From Candidatus Woesearchaeota archaeon (GTDB lineage: Archaea; Nanobdellota; Nanobdellia; Woesearchaeales; UBA119), in the NCBI GenBank assembly GCA_035363095.1, contig DAOSEK010000001.1, positions 82,473-146,472 of the forward strand: a DNA stretch of 64,000 nt, given 5' to 3'. Shown here one piece after another: positions 40,887 to 50,359 of this stretch. The notes beneath the pieces are model-generated. The model saw nothing but the letters and a program-made list of their open reading frames with translations. It was not told where the DNA came from and did not search any database. The position numbers and the translations under genes were made by a program. Positions within the stretch are counted from its first letter, which is position 1, and each line of letters begins with the position of its first letter.

Positions 40887-41202
40887 GGGACGCAAAGCCA
40901 ACTCCGAGCAATCGAGGAAAGTCCGCCCACCTAAAAAAAGGCGCTTTTAATCTTTAAAAGATTTCGAAAGGGATGGCAACTGCACAGAAACAAAACCACC
41001 TAAAAACTTGTTATGATGCTTGCGAAGAAGATGGTGACATCTTTGAGACTAACCAGCAGAACATTTGGTTTTTAGGAAAGGATGAAAAGGCAGTCCCGCC
41101 TGGTGCAAGGCCTTTAGCGCCGCTTAGTCGAATGTTGGCAAATCCATCCTTTGCTTTAGGGCAAAATAGGGGATTTCACAAAAGGCGGCTTATTTGCGTC
41201 CC
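40887..41202 (+). ncRNA. rnpB: RNase P RNA
   Basis: P1 GGGACGCAAA/TTTGCGTCCC, GAGGAAAGTCCGCC, ACAGAAAC, GGATGAAA, GGTGCAAG, ACAAAAGGCGGCTTAT, followed by a T-tract. Confidence 0.95.
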
Positions 41203-41294
41203 TTTTTTTTCTTTGAGATAATTTAAGGGTCTAACTAAGAGTATTACATGCAAAATGCAAAAGCTTTAAATAAAAAAGAAATTTCAACATCAAT

Positions 41295-41471
41295 ATGGCA
41301 ACTAGAAGGACATTTATGCCCTCTTCGGGAGGGGGAATTATCAGGTATGGAGATGGCTATAAATCTATGTTTAGCATAAAGCCAGGATATCTTGTGGTGC
41401 TGATAGCTATTATAGTCGGAGTTATTTTGATATTTCAGATGTATGGAGCAAGGCTTTTGGGCTTAGTTTAG
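41295..41471 (+). CDS. secG: preprotein translocase subunit Sec61beta/SecG
   Basis: MPSSGGGIIRY...IKPGYLVVLIAIIVGVILIF with a single C-terminal TM; not in ORF track. Confidence 0.85.
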   Translation: MATRRTFMPSSGGGIIRYGDGYKSMFSIKPGYLVVLIAIIVGVILIFQMYGARLLGLV

Positions 41472-41487
41472 ATGAAGGTGGTTTTCG

Positions 41488-41838
41488 ATGTATGGCAATA
41501 TTAATCCTAGACAGATGAAGCAAGCCATGAAGAGGTTTGGGATAAATGAACAGCAAGTTGAGGCTAAAAGGGTCATTATTGAACTGGAAGGATCAAGGCT
41601 TGTTATTGATGAACCATCAGTTTCCAAGATTAACATGATGGGTCAAGAGGTCTATCAGATTTCTGGAGAGGAAAGGACCGAACAGCTAGATGTGGCTCCT
41701 GATATCTCTGAAGAGGACATTAATACTGTTATGGATTCTTGTGGTTGTGATTATGATACGGCAAAGGAAGCTATTTTGAGCTCAAATGGTGATCTTGCAA
41801 AAGCTATTCTTGATATTAATAGCAATGATTCACAATAA
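41488..41838 (+). CDS. nac: nascent polypeptide-associated complex protein
   Basis: NPRQMKQAMKRFGI, MGQEVYQISG, UBA-like EEDI..GDLAKAI. Confidence 0.95.
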   Translation: MYGNINPRQMKQAMKRFGINEQQVEAKRVIIELEGSRLVIDEPSVSKINMMGQEVYQISGEERTEQLDVAPDISEEDINTVMDSCGCDYDTAKEAILSSNGDLAKAILDINSNDSQ

Positions 41839-41959
41839 GAGCTAAGTTGTTTTTTGTATTTGTTTTATATGGGTTATCATCTTTTTGAGGTGTTAAGAGA
41901 CATTTACACCGCTGTTTAAGCATAATGTTTTTAAATGTTAAAGATATTGTGATTAGGGT

Positions 41960-42457
41960 ATGCCTCCCAAAATCCCTGAAAAGCACCATGTTTCTTTGTT
42001 ATCTGCAAAGCAAAATATTAAGGTTGCAGACCATATGATGAATGTTACTTATCCTTTGGTTATGGACCCAAAGCTTTTCCCTACGATTATAGAGAATATT
42101 TTTTTGGGTTATACTAACGCGTTAGCGGCAATTTTATATTATGAGAGATATTATAAGAGGATTCCTCCTTTTAATGATAGTTTTGATTCAAAGCTTATGT
42201 TTTATGAAACTTATGTTAAGGAACAATACAAGTTTAATAATCATTATTCAAAGACTATGAATAATTTAAGAGAACTTATGATTGCTCATAAGAAAAGTCC
42301 AGTTGAGTTTAGCAGGAAAGGAAAATTTGTTATTTGTAATGATGAATACTCTCTTAAGACCTTGGATATTGATACTGTGAAATCTTATATCAGGGAGTGT
42401 AAGGTCTTTATTTCAGAGATTGATAAGATAATCGCTAAGGAGGTAAAGATATATTAA
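41960..42457 (+). CDS. hypothetical helical protein (possibly HEPN-like)
   Basis: ADHM..VTYPLV.DPK, PVEFSRKGKFVIC; distant resemblance to 42808..43272. Confidence 0.7.
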   Translation: MPPKIPEKHHVSLLSAKQNIKVADHMMNVTYPLVMDPKLFPTIIENIFLGYTNALAAILYYERYYKRIPPFNDSFDSKLMFYETYVKEQYKFNNHYSKTMNNLRELMIAHKKSPVEFSRKGKFVICNDEYSLKTLDIDTVKSYIRECKVFISEIDKIIAKEVKIY

Positions 42458-42479
42458 TGAACAAGGTGTTATTTTTTGT

Positions 42480-42635
42480 GATTTCATGAAATCCAACATC
42501 ACTTCGCATACTTTGGTCTTTAGACTTGGTCTTTGGGCCTGAAGTTTGAAGAGACAAATTCATATAACATTTAACCTCAACTATCCACAGGATACCGGGA
42601 GCATTTATTCCGAGGTTTTTCATTTTTATGAAATC
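42480..42635 (-). repeat. dispersed repeat: linker R, module Y, partial linker
   Basis: GATTTCATGAAATCCAACATCACTTCGCATACTTTGGTCTTTAG...GATACC..GCATTTATTCCGAGGTTTTTCATTTTTATGAAATC. Confidence 0.85.
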
Positions 42636-42704
42636 TTTAATGGATTTTGAATAATTTGATATTTTAACCTAATATAAGAATAGTATAAGAAGAAACGAAT
42701 TAAG

Positions 42705-42792
42705 AAGGGAAGTTTCATAAAACGATTAACCTTTAACTATCTAGTAAGATACCCTTAAGCGTTTATGCTTAAAGAAGGTTTTTCATGTTTAT
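42705..42792 (-). repeat. degenerate partial module Y
   Basis: AAACGATTAACCTTTAACTATC..GATACC..GCGTTTATGC..AGGTTTTTCAT, closest to the 24900 copy. Confidence 0.6.
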
Positions 42793-42807
42793 GTATAAAG
42801 GTGATAT

Positions 42808-43272
42808 TTGATGATTGAAACGCTTAATGATGCGTATACTGAGATTAAGAGAGCTGATCATATTGTTTATGTTAGTTTGAAGTACACAAGGACCGCAGAT
42901 GTTATTAGGAATGTTGTTGAAAGACTTATAGATGCAAATACCCTAATGATTAGTTCTCTTATAAAGAAATTAGCGATTGAAGGTAAGATTGTTGATTCGG
43001 ATTATTCTTTATCAGATCATATAAAGATACTAAAGGATAATTTTTCAGATGATAAGGTTATAATGGAGATGCTTGAATTCAACAACTATCTTCGTAAGCT
43101 TAGCAGAGCTGAATTTACTGGAGAGAATGAGTATAGAAGACATGTGATGATGAAGGCGATTGTTGATGGAATTTTACAACAGATAGATATCGAGAAAATT
43201 ACACAATATTATGATCAGGTAAAATCTTATTTTTTTCATATAAGAAACATGATTTTACCACCTGAAAATTAA
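42808..43272 (+). CDS. hypothetical helical protein (possibly HEPN-like)
   Basis: EIKRADHIVYVSLKYTRT, EYRRHV; AGGTGA RBS. Confidence 0.7.
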   Translation: MMIETLNDAYTEIKRADHIVYVSLKYTRTADVIRNVVERLIDANTLMISSLIKKLAIEGKIVDSDYSLSDHIKILKDNFSDDKVIMEMLEFNNYLRKLSRAEFTGENEYRRHVMMKAIVDGILQQIDIEKITQYYDQVKSYFFHIRNMILPPEN

Positions 43273-43281
43273 GAGTGCAAA

Positions 43282-43776
43282 ATGAAAGAAAGTACTGTAA
43301 ATACTCTGCTTAGGAAAGGATGGAGTGAAGAAGAGATCAATGATTATTTTACTAGGTTGTATAGAAAAGAGGATCGTTTACAAAACAAAAGGTTATCTAG
43401 GATTGTATTTTTTGGAAATGTAGTGATGATTTTGTTTCTAGCTCTCATGATGGGAGTGCTTACACTTGTTTTTACAGGTTTTCAATGGTCTGTTTTGTCA
43501 TTGGGAGTAATTATTTTTTTCTCTTCTTTTATCACTTATAGAAATAAGGGTATAATTTCTGAGTTATTCTTTAAAAAAAGAGTGTTTTTGCTTAATGCTT
43601 CTATTTCTTTTTTTTTAGCTGTGATTGCACTTTTATTTAGTTATTTTTTTTATGATTTGTTTTTGGCGAGTATCGATGGTGGACCGGGTTATTTTCCGTT
43701 GATTGAGTATTGTATTGTATCTTTTGCAGTAGTGCTTACAACTTGGCTTTTTTTAATAATGTTTGAAGAGAAATGA
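43282..43776 (+). CDS. hypothetical membrane protein
   Basis: LLRKGWSEEEI N-terminus plus 4 TM segments. Confidence 0.65.
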   Translation: MKESTVNTLLRKGWSEEEINDYFTRLYRKEDRLQNKRLSRIVFFGNVVMILFLALMMGVLTLVFTGFQWSVLSLGVIIFFSSFITYRNKGIISELFFKKRVFLLNASISFFLAVIALLFSYFFYDLFLASIDGGPGYFPLIEYCIVSFAVVLTTWLFLIMFEEK

Positions 43777-43869
43777 TGAAAAATCTAATTTTTTGGTGGT
43801 TTGAAAGCACAAACTTTTTAAAAGAAGGGTTAATTCTTCTTAGCACAATATTGAAATGGAGGATTAAAT

Positions 43870-44037
43870 ATGGAAACGTTATGTTCATCATGTAAAACGA
43901 ATGTTAGTAATCTTAATGGGACAGTAGAGTTCTTGTGCCCTGAATGTGGAAAATCAACCATTATTAGGTGTGTTGATTGCAGAAAGAAGGCTGTTAAATA
44001 TACATGTCCTGAATGTGGATTTGTAGGTCCTAATTAA
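43870..44037 (+). CDS. HVO_2753/DUF1610 family zinc-ribbon protein
   Basis: CSSC..FLCPECG..IIRCVDCRK..YTCPECGFVGPN; usual position before EF-1beta; not in ORF track. Confidence 0.92.
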   Translation: METLCSSCKTNVSNLNGTVEFLCPECGKSTIIRCVDCRKKAVKYTCPECGFVGPN

Positions 44038-44090
44038 ATAGGTTAATTTTGGTTTTTTTAGTATTTAAATCTTTTAGAGAGTTGAGAAAT

Positions 44091-44369
44091 ATGGCAGATG
44101 TTGTTATAACTATGAAAATTATGGAATCTTCACCTGAGGTTGATTTGGGGAAGCTTGATGAGAATGTAAAGAATTTGATTACAGAATATGCAGGAAGTGG
44201 AGCTTATAAAAGTTCTATTGAGCCTATTGCTTTTGGATTAAATGCATTAATCGTTTCTTTTGTAATGGATGAAAAGCTTGGTGGAACTGATCATTTAGAG
44301 GAAGAGATTTCTAAAATTGAAGGAGTTGAATCTGTTAGTGTTACAGATGTAAGGAGAGCTATTGGCTAA
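44091..44369 (+). CDS. ef1b: elongation factor 1-beta
   Basis: MADVVITMKIM, EPIAFGLNAL, IEGVESVSV. Confidence 0.93.
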   Translation: MADVVITMKIMESSPEVDLGKLDENVKNLITEYAGSGAYKSSIEPIAFGLNALIVSFVMDEKLGGTDHLEEEISKIEGVESVSVTDVRRAIG

Positions 44370-45468
44370 GTGATTTTAGCGTTTTTTCTATTTCTTTTAA
44401 TGAAGCGTTTGTTTTTATTGCTGTACTTAGGAAATGTGTTTTAGTGCAAATGTAGTTTTTATTTTGTAATGAAGAAATGATTTCATTTGTGTTTGGTGCT
44501 GAAATTTTTAGTTTTTTGCATATTGAGTGTATATCGTAATAAAAAGGATATTCGTTTGGTTCAAATAGGACTCGATTTATAAAGTTTAATAATTTTTGAT
44601 CGTTATATTCTTTTGCCAAATCATGCATTTTTTGTAAAAGCAATGTGTTGTTTAATTGACCAAGCCAAAGCGGACCTGCAGTTTGATGATCTTTATTTTG
44701 GTTTGAGTTATCTACGAAAAATTCAAGTGAAATGGGGTTAAAATGTAGATATTTATGAAGATTTAAAATCTCATCACACTCTTTTTTTGATTTTTGGGAT
44801 TTGAAATAAATCCTCATGTAGTGGTCTTTTGAGTAGGACAAAACAGGTATTAATGCTAGGTCGTATTTCATTGCGATTTTTTGAACTGCAGAGATTAGGA
44901 TTCTAATACCTGTTTCATACATTAATTCATTGCGTATTGGTTTTGAGCCATATCTTCTAAGACAAACTTTTGGGTATGAGCCACAAAGAGAGGAGGTATC
45001 TGTTGCTGTAATCGCTAAAATTCCATCAGATTTTAATTTTCTAACAGCAGATTCTATAAAGTAGATTGGACTCCCAAAAGGGTCTATATCAATGTAATCA
45101 AATGAGATTTTTTGAATGTTAAAAAAGTGGTTTGCATCAAGGTTTGATATTTCAGCAAATTTTTTAATTTTGTTTAGTAAAAGATTTTTTTTTGTTAATT
45201 TGGATGCATTTGGGTTTATGTCATTAAAATAAACTTTTGATATGGTTTTACTTGGGGTTTCGTTTATTATTCTTATTCCTCTTATGCCACTTCCTTCTAA
45301 AGGAAGCGCGATATTTGCGTTATTAAATCCTATTGAAGATATTAAAAGAACTGCTATGTCTCTGTTATGTTTCATTAAGGGGTTATAAAATACAGGCATC
45401 TTTTTTGAGACTATTTCTTCTATAAATCCGTAAAAACTTGATTTTCCTTCTGTGATTATTTTAGACAT
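44359..45468 (-). CDS. trm1: tRNA (guanine26-N2)-dimethyltransferase
   Basis: VFYNPLMKHNRD, GSGIRGIR, DYIDIDPFGSP, TATDT, AGPLWLG. Confidence 0.93.
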   Translation of the reverse strand: MSKIITEGKSSFYGFIEEIVSKKMPVFYNPLMKHNRDIAVLLISSIGFNNANIALPLEGSGIRGIRIINETPSKTISKVYFNDINPNASKLTKKNLLLNKIKKFAEISNLDANHFFNIQKISFDYIDIDPFGSPIYFIESAVRKLKSDGILAITATDTSSLCGSYPKVCLRRYGSKPIRNELMYETGIRILISAVQKIAMKYDLALIPVLSYSKDHYMRIYFKSQKSKKECDEILNLHKYLHFNPISLEFFVDNSNQNKDHQTAGPLWLGQLNNTLLLQKMHDLAKEYNDQKLLNFINRVLFEPNEYPFYYDIHSICKKLKISAPNTNEIISSLQNKNYICTKTHFLSTAIKTNASLKEIEKTLKSLSQ

Positions 45469-45691
45469 TATTTACATAAGTGTATAATTTGGGTTTTTAA
45501 ATATATGGTATTGAAAGTTAAGGATTCTTTTTGGTTTTTTTTAAAAATAGATTTTTAGGTTATATAATCTTAATTAGTACATGATATAAATAGAAACAAT
45601 ATATATGCTTCAATATCGCTTTATAAATAATTCCGTTAGTCAACTTATGCGCGTTATCTAGCAATGTATACTATATTTTTTTATTCTTAGC

Positions 45692-45843
45692 GAAATCAAC
45701 AACCTCGCCCTAAAGGCCGAGATATGTTGGTAATATAAAAGCATGCGCTGTATTAAAGCGAGGTTGTTGATTACAAGGTTGTTGATTACAAAAAAGCGTA
45801 CCAAGTTTTCGTGTTTAAACATCAGGTATCCTTTTCTATCAAT
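45692..45843 (+). repeat. dispersed repeat: module X with internal 15-bp tandem duplication
   Basis: GAAATCAACAACCTCGCCCTAAAGG..; GGTTGTTGATTACAA present twice. Confidence 0.88.
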
Positions 45844-45923
45844 AAATTGATTAAGAATATTTATAATGTAGACGAAAATATATTTGCAGAAAACAATAAT
45901 AATTATGATAAATCTAGCACTTA

Positions 45924-46169
45924 TTAAAAGATATGATATTCTTTTATTATACTCATTAAAGCGTCATAATCTTGATTGACCATTTTTCTTCTTTCTTCTT
46001 CGTTTACTTGGGGTATTGGATTAATATTGTATCCCCAAACTTTTATTTTTTTTGGAGTTTTACAAAGACCTTGTATTTCTTCGGTCCACTCTTTAATCTC
46101 TACTTCATATTTTCGACCATAAACAATGTATGTACCTTTGATTTTAGATGAGAATTTATTTGTTTCCAT
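45924..46169 (-). CDS. hypothetical protein
   Basis: 81-aa ORF. Confidence 0.5.
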   Translation of the reverse strand: METNKFSSKIKGTYIVYGRKYEVEIKEWTEEIQGLCKTPKKIKVWGYNINPIPQVNEEERRKMVNQDYDALMSIIKEYHIF

Positions 46170-46316
46170 TTTTTTTAACTTACTTATTTTTTTAAAATGA
46201 TAATTTTTTAGGTTTAGAAGATATAGCCAATTTTTAAGGTTTTCTTTTTAAAATATTTGATTACAATGCTTTTTAGGATAAGCTTTATAAAATAGGGATT
46301 ACTCTCTTAAAAGCTA

Positions 46317-48098
46317 ATGGTAGATGTATGCAAAGGTAGAAGCCCTATATGTTCTGTTGTTGGGCATGTGGACCATGGAAAGTCAAGTATATTAGATAGG
46401 ATTAGAAATTCAAGAATAGTTGATAAAGAGGCAGGGGGGATTACACAAGCAATAGGCGCCTCAATTGTTCCTTTTGAAACTATCTGCAAGAATTGTATGC
46501 CTGTTTTGGGAAAGCTTGATAATAAAATAAAGGTGCCAGGCATTTTATTTATTGACACTCCAGGTCATGCGGCATTTACAAATTTAAGAAAAAGAGGAGG
46601 AAATCTTTCTGATATTGCAATTTTGGTGGTTGATATTAATGAAGGATTTAAGCCTCAAACAATTGAATCTGTAAAGATTCTTAAGATGTATAAAACTCCT
46701 TTTATTATTGCAGCAAATAAAATTGATAAGATTTCAGGGTATTCTAAGAAGGATAATTCGGTTATAAAATCAATATCAATGCAAAAAGAGGATGTTTTGC
46801 AAAGAGTTGAGAATGGGATTTATAGTATTGTAGGTCAACTCTATGAGCTTGGGATTAATTCTGAAAGGTTTGATAGAGTAAGTGATTATACAAAGCAGAT
46901 TGCTATTGTTCCATGTTCTGCTTTAACTGGAGAGGGAATAGCTGAGATTTTAATGCTCATATCAGGACTTGCACAAAAGTTTTTGGAGTGCGATTTGAGT
47001 TTTAGTGTAGATAACCTAGCTAAGGGAACTATTCTTGAGGTGATGGAGGTTAAAGGTCTAGGGGTTACAATAGATGTAATTTTATTTGACGGTACATTGA
47101 AGGTAGGAGATACAATTTGCTTAGGAGGACTTAATGGACCAATTGTTACAAAGGTTAAGGCTCTTCTTATGCCTTCACCTTTAAGTGAGATAAGAGATAA
47201 AAAGGGAGTATTCAAATCTGTTAAGAATGCTGTTGCAGCTACAGGTGTTAAGATTTCTGCTCCTCTTTTAGATGAAGCGATGGCAGGCACTCCGGTATTT
47301 GCATCTGAAAATACTTTAGAAGATATTGAGAGAAAAAAAAGACAAGTGTTAAAAGAGATTGATACTGTATATATTGAGACTCAAAAGAGCGGGGTAATTG
47401 TTAAAGCGGATAGTCTTGGAAGCCTTGAAGCACTTGTAACTTTGCTCAAGGAAGAAAAAGTTCCAATAAGAAAGGCAAGTGTAGGGGATATTACTAAAAA
47501 TGACTTTTTGGAAGCTGAAGGGATGATTTCAGAAAAGCCAGAATTTGTGGTAATTTTGGGTTTTAATGTTGGATTTAAATGTAACCAAGAAGATTTTAAG
47601 AAAATCAAAGTGATTAGTAATGAAGTGATTTATAGGATAATCGAAGAGTACAAAAAATGGTCTGATGAGATTAAAAAACTTGAAGAACTAAAAAAGCTAG
47701 GGGAGCTTACATCCCCATGTAAAATTAAGTATCTGCCAAATCATACATTCAGGCAATCTAATCCAGCGATAATAGGTGTTGAAATAATGCTAGGAACCCT
47801 AAAAGTTGGAGCTAGACTCATGAAAGAAAATGGAAATATGGCAGGGATTGTAAAAGGGATTCAAATTGAGAGTGAAAGTCTAAAATCTGCAGATGCAAAA
47901 AGTAATGTTGCAGTTTCTATAAATGATGTGTGCTGTGGAAGACAGATTAATGAAGGAGAGATTTATTATAGTGCCATGAATGAAGAAGAGTTTAAAAAAT
48001 TGAAGAACGCAAAAGAGTTGTTAAGCCCTGCCCAAATTGAAGTATTAAAAGAGATAGCTATAATTATGAGAAAGAGTAATGAGATGTGGGGAGTATAA
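46317..48098 (+). CDS. infB: translation initiation factor aIF5B (IF-2)
   Basis: RSPICSVVGHVDHGKS, EAGGITQAIGA, DTPGHAAF, NKID, KADSLGSLEAL. Confidence 0.97.
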   Translation: MVDVCKGRSPICSVVGHVDHGKSSILDRIRNSRIVDKEAGGITQAIGASIVPFETICKNCMPVLGKLDNKIKVPGILFIDTPGHAAFTNLRKRGGNLSDIAILVVDINEGFKPQTIESVKILKMYKTPFIIAANKIDKISGYSKKDNSVIKSISMQKEDVLQRVENGIYSIVGQLYELGINSERFDRVSDYTKQIAIVPCSALTGEGIAEILMLISGLAQKFLECDLSFSVDNLAKGTILEVMEVKGLGVTIDVILFDGTLKVGDTICLGGLNGPIVTKVKALLMPSPLSEIRDKKGVFKSVKNAVAATGVKISAPLLDEAMAGTPVFASENTLEDIERKKRQVLKEIDTVYIETQKSGVIVKADSLGSLEALVTLLKEEKVPIRKASVGDITKNDFLEAEGMISEKPEFVVILGFNVGFKCNQEDFKKIKVISNEVIYRIIEEYKKWSDEIKKLEELKKLGELTSPCKIKYLPNHTFRQSNPAIIGVEIMLGTLKVGARLMKENGNMAGIVKGIQIESESLKSADAKSNVAVSINDVCCGRQINEGEIYYSAMNEEEFKKLKNAKELLSPAQIEVLKEIAIIMRKSNEMWGV

Positions 48099-48601
48099 AT
48101 TTTTTCAAAATGAAAGGAGAAATTCTTAATTCAAGAAAGGCAAATGATTTATTAGAAATTATTGCTAATCAGTTAGGCTCTGATAAAAAGGAATTAAAAT
48201 CTATGTTTGCAGAATATGTATTCTTGCTTCTTGGAGAAGGAAAAGTATATCTTGCAAGAAAGGAAGCATTCTCAATAGAACTTGATGAATTGAGAATAAA
48301 TTCAATAGGCGTATATCTTGGAACGATAGAAGAAAGCGGATTTAGATATTCAATAGAAGGCGCCCAAAAACTTTCTTTATTCTCAACTAAAAACATTCTT
48401 TTGTTAAATGAGGAACAAGCAAAACTCTGGATGAAAGGAGAAGATGTTACGGGAGATTTTTCTAAATACGATTTATATGTAATATTGAAGTATGAAGATT
48501 TTATATTAGGATGTGGAAAAAACTCAAACAAAAAAAAGAGGTTAATAAATTTTACACCTAAAGAAAGAAGGATAACAACTGATATGCCTTTCTTGGCCTA
48601 A
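48086..48601 (+). CDS. NIP7/PUA-like RNA-binding protein (ribosome biogenesis)
   Basis: SIGVYLG..FRYSIEGAQ, WMKGEDV, ILGCGK..NFTPKERR; start may be 48110. Confidence 0.7.
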   Translation: MGSINFFKMKGEILNSRKANDLLEIIANQLGSDKKELKSMFAEYVFLLLGEGKVYLARKEAFSIELDELRINSIGVYLGTIEESGFRYSIEGAQKLSLFSTKNILLLNEEQAKLWMKGEDVTGDFSKYDLYVILKYEDFILGCGKNSNKKKRLINFTPKERRITTDMPFLA

Positions 48602-48649
48602 AAATACTTTTTCATTTATTAAATAGTTATTACAAATTGATAATTGATA

Positions 48650-48937
48650 TTAATCAAGAATGTAAATATTATTTGCATTAAAAAAATTACCCTGACCAAC
48701 CCCTGAGGCATTAATCTTTGCCCCTTTTGTACATGGAAATTCACTATTAATTGTTATAACCTTCTCCATTTCAATACCGATAGTGATATAACTTTTCTCT
48801 CCATCATAATAATATCTTTTAACAACACCAAAAACCTCATCATGTTGCTCTTCAGAAAACGTGGTTATAACAAATAAACAAATTATTCCTCCAATAGATA
48901 TAAAAAAACATATCTTTAAAAGAGTTTTTTCAAGCAT
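48650..48937 (-). CDS. small membrane-anchored protein, possible OB fold
   Basis: N-terminal TM followed by a beta-rich domain. Confidence 0.55.
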   Translation of the reverse strand: MLEKTLLKICFFISIGGIICLFVITTFSEEQHDEVFGVVKRYYYDGEKSYITIGIEMEKVITINSEFPCTKGAKINASGVGQGNFFNANNIYILD

Positions 48938-49078
48938 AAAATTATTTTAGACCAGAATAAATTAATAGATTGTGATAAAAAAACCGTAAAAATTACAACA
49001 TGATAAATAACCTTTTCATATATATCAAGAAGTTTACTTTTTTGATGATATTCTTTTGTAATTGGTCTTTTCAAACGT

Positions 49079-49461
49079 TAAGCCTAAAGACAAAATTATA
49101 CAAAATGAACTGGATTTCATGAAATGAAAAAACTCTGCATAAATAATGAGGTATCTTGCGAACAGTCGAGGTTAATCCTTGCATTAACCCCTCTATTCAA
49201 ACTTTTGCCTCAAGAATAAACCTCAAGACCAAAGAATGCGAAGTAATGCTGGATTTCATGAAATCAACAATCTCGCCCTAAAGGGCGAGGCATGTTGGTA
49301 ATATAAAAGCATCAGCTGTATTAAAACGAGGTTGTTGATTACAAAAAAGTGTACCGAGTCCTCGTGTTGAAACACGAGGTATGCTTTTCTATTAACCAAA
49401 GTATGCAAAATGACAGATTCATGAAATCAAAGTATACAAAATGGGCTAGATTTCACAAAAA
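49079..49461 (+). repeat. longest repeat cluster: R-Y-R-X-R-R
   Basis: Four linker copies (about 49091, 49229, 49396, 49428) separated by modules Y and X. Confidence 0.92.
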
Positions 49462-49582
49462 CAAAAAGAACAGGAATTTTAAGACGAGATATTTATAAAC
49501 AAAAAACCCTAAATTATTACGAAAGTTTTAAATATTAAAGCGAAATCACCAAAACCATCATAATACACGAGGAATCATAAGA

Positions 49583-50194
49583 ATGGAATTACAAAATGTT
49601 GAAATTAAAGCATTTAACAGGTGGAGTACAAACGGCATAGAACTGACAGATGAAGGCCTAAAAAGATACGTAAATTTAAGCCCTAAACTGGTGCCTAAGA
49701 CAGGTGCAAAATACTCAGGACAAAGATTTTATAAATCAAGAACTTTCATCGTCGAGAGACTTATAAACAAAATAATGGTCGCAGGCCATAGAGCTAAAAA
49801 ACATAAAATCACTTCAGGATTTATGACTGGAAAAGGAGTAACAGCATATAAAATTGTAGAAGATGCATTAAGCATAATTGAAAGAAAAACAGGAGCAAAC
49901 CCAATTGCAGTGTTTGTAAAAGCACTTGAAAACGGTGCGACAAGAGAAGAGATTGTTAATATAGAATATGGTGGGGCTAGATACACAAAAGCAGTAGATT
50001 GCGCCCCTCAAAGAAGGGTTGATTTAGTTTTAAGATTCTTCATTCAAGGTGCTTATGCGAAATCTTTTAACTCAAAAAAAGGAATTAGAGACGCATTAGC
50101 AGATGAGATTTTAGCAGCATATAATCTAAGTCAAAACTCATTTGCAGTATCTAAAAAGCTTGAGCTTGAAAGACAAGCAGATGCTTCAAGATAA
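49583..50194 (+). CDS. rps7: 30S ribosomal protein S7
   Basis: IVERLINK, NPIAVFVKALEN, AVDCAPQRRVD, ALADEI, ELERQADASR. Confidence 0.97.
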   Translation: MELQNVEIKAFNRWSTNGIELTDEGLKRYVNLSPKLVPKTGAKYSGQRFYKSRTFIVERLINKIMVAGHRAKKHKITSGFMTGKGVTAYKIVEDALSIIERKTGANPIAVFVKALENGATREEIVNIEYGGARYTKAVDCAPQRRVDLVLRFFIQGAYAKSFNSKKGIRDALADEILAAYNLSQNSFAVSKKLELERQADASR

Positions 50195-50236
50195 AACCTT
50201 TTATATCATTATTATTTTTTCTTTTTGAATTTAACC
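50177..50236 (+). repeat. 60-bp perfect direct repeat, copy 1 (rps7 3' end and T-rich terminator)
   Basis: GCAGATGCTTCAAGATAAAACC...GAATTTAACC, identical at 50777-50836. Confidence 0.95.
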
Positions 50237-50359
50237 GCGTTTTTAAACAGATGGCTTTATTTGTTTAATTTGTCGTTTAAATGAGTTTTTGGAATAATTC
50301 TTTTAAATATACTTTAGTATTTGTAAAAGATTAAATAGAAAGTGATTAATTTTTGCAAG

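Noticed and set aside
40973..41221. 82-aa ORF in the ORF track
   Set aside because: It lies almost entirely within the RNase P RNA gene.
42435..42623. 62-aa minus-strand ORF
   Set aside because: It is a chance reading frame through an R+Y repeat copy.
49079..49461. CRISPR array (35-bp direct repeats with a palindrome)
   Set aside because: Repeats are degenerate, the intervening sequences are 0-130 bp and themselves repeated elsewhere, and no cas genes are present.
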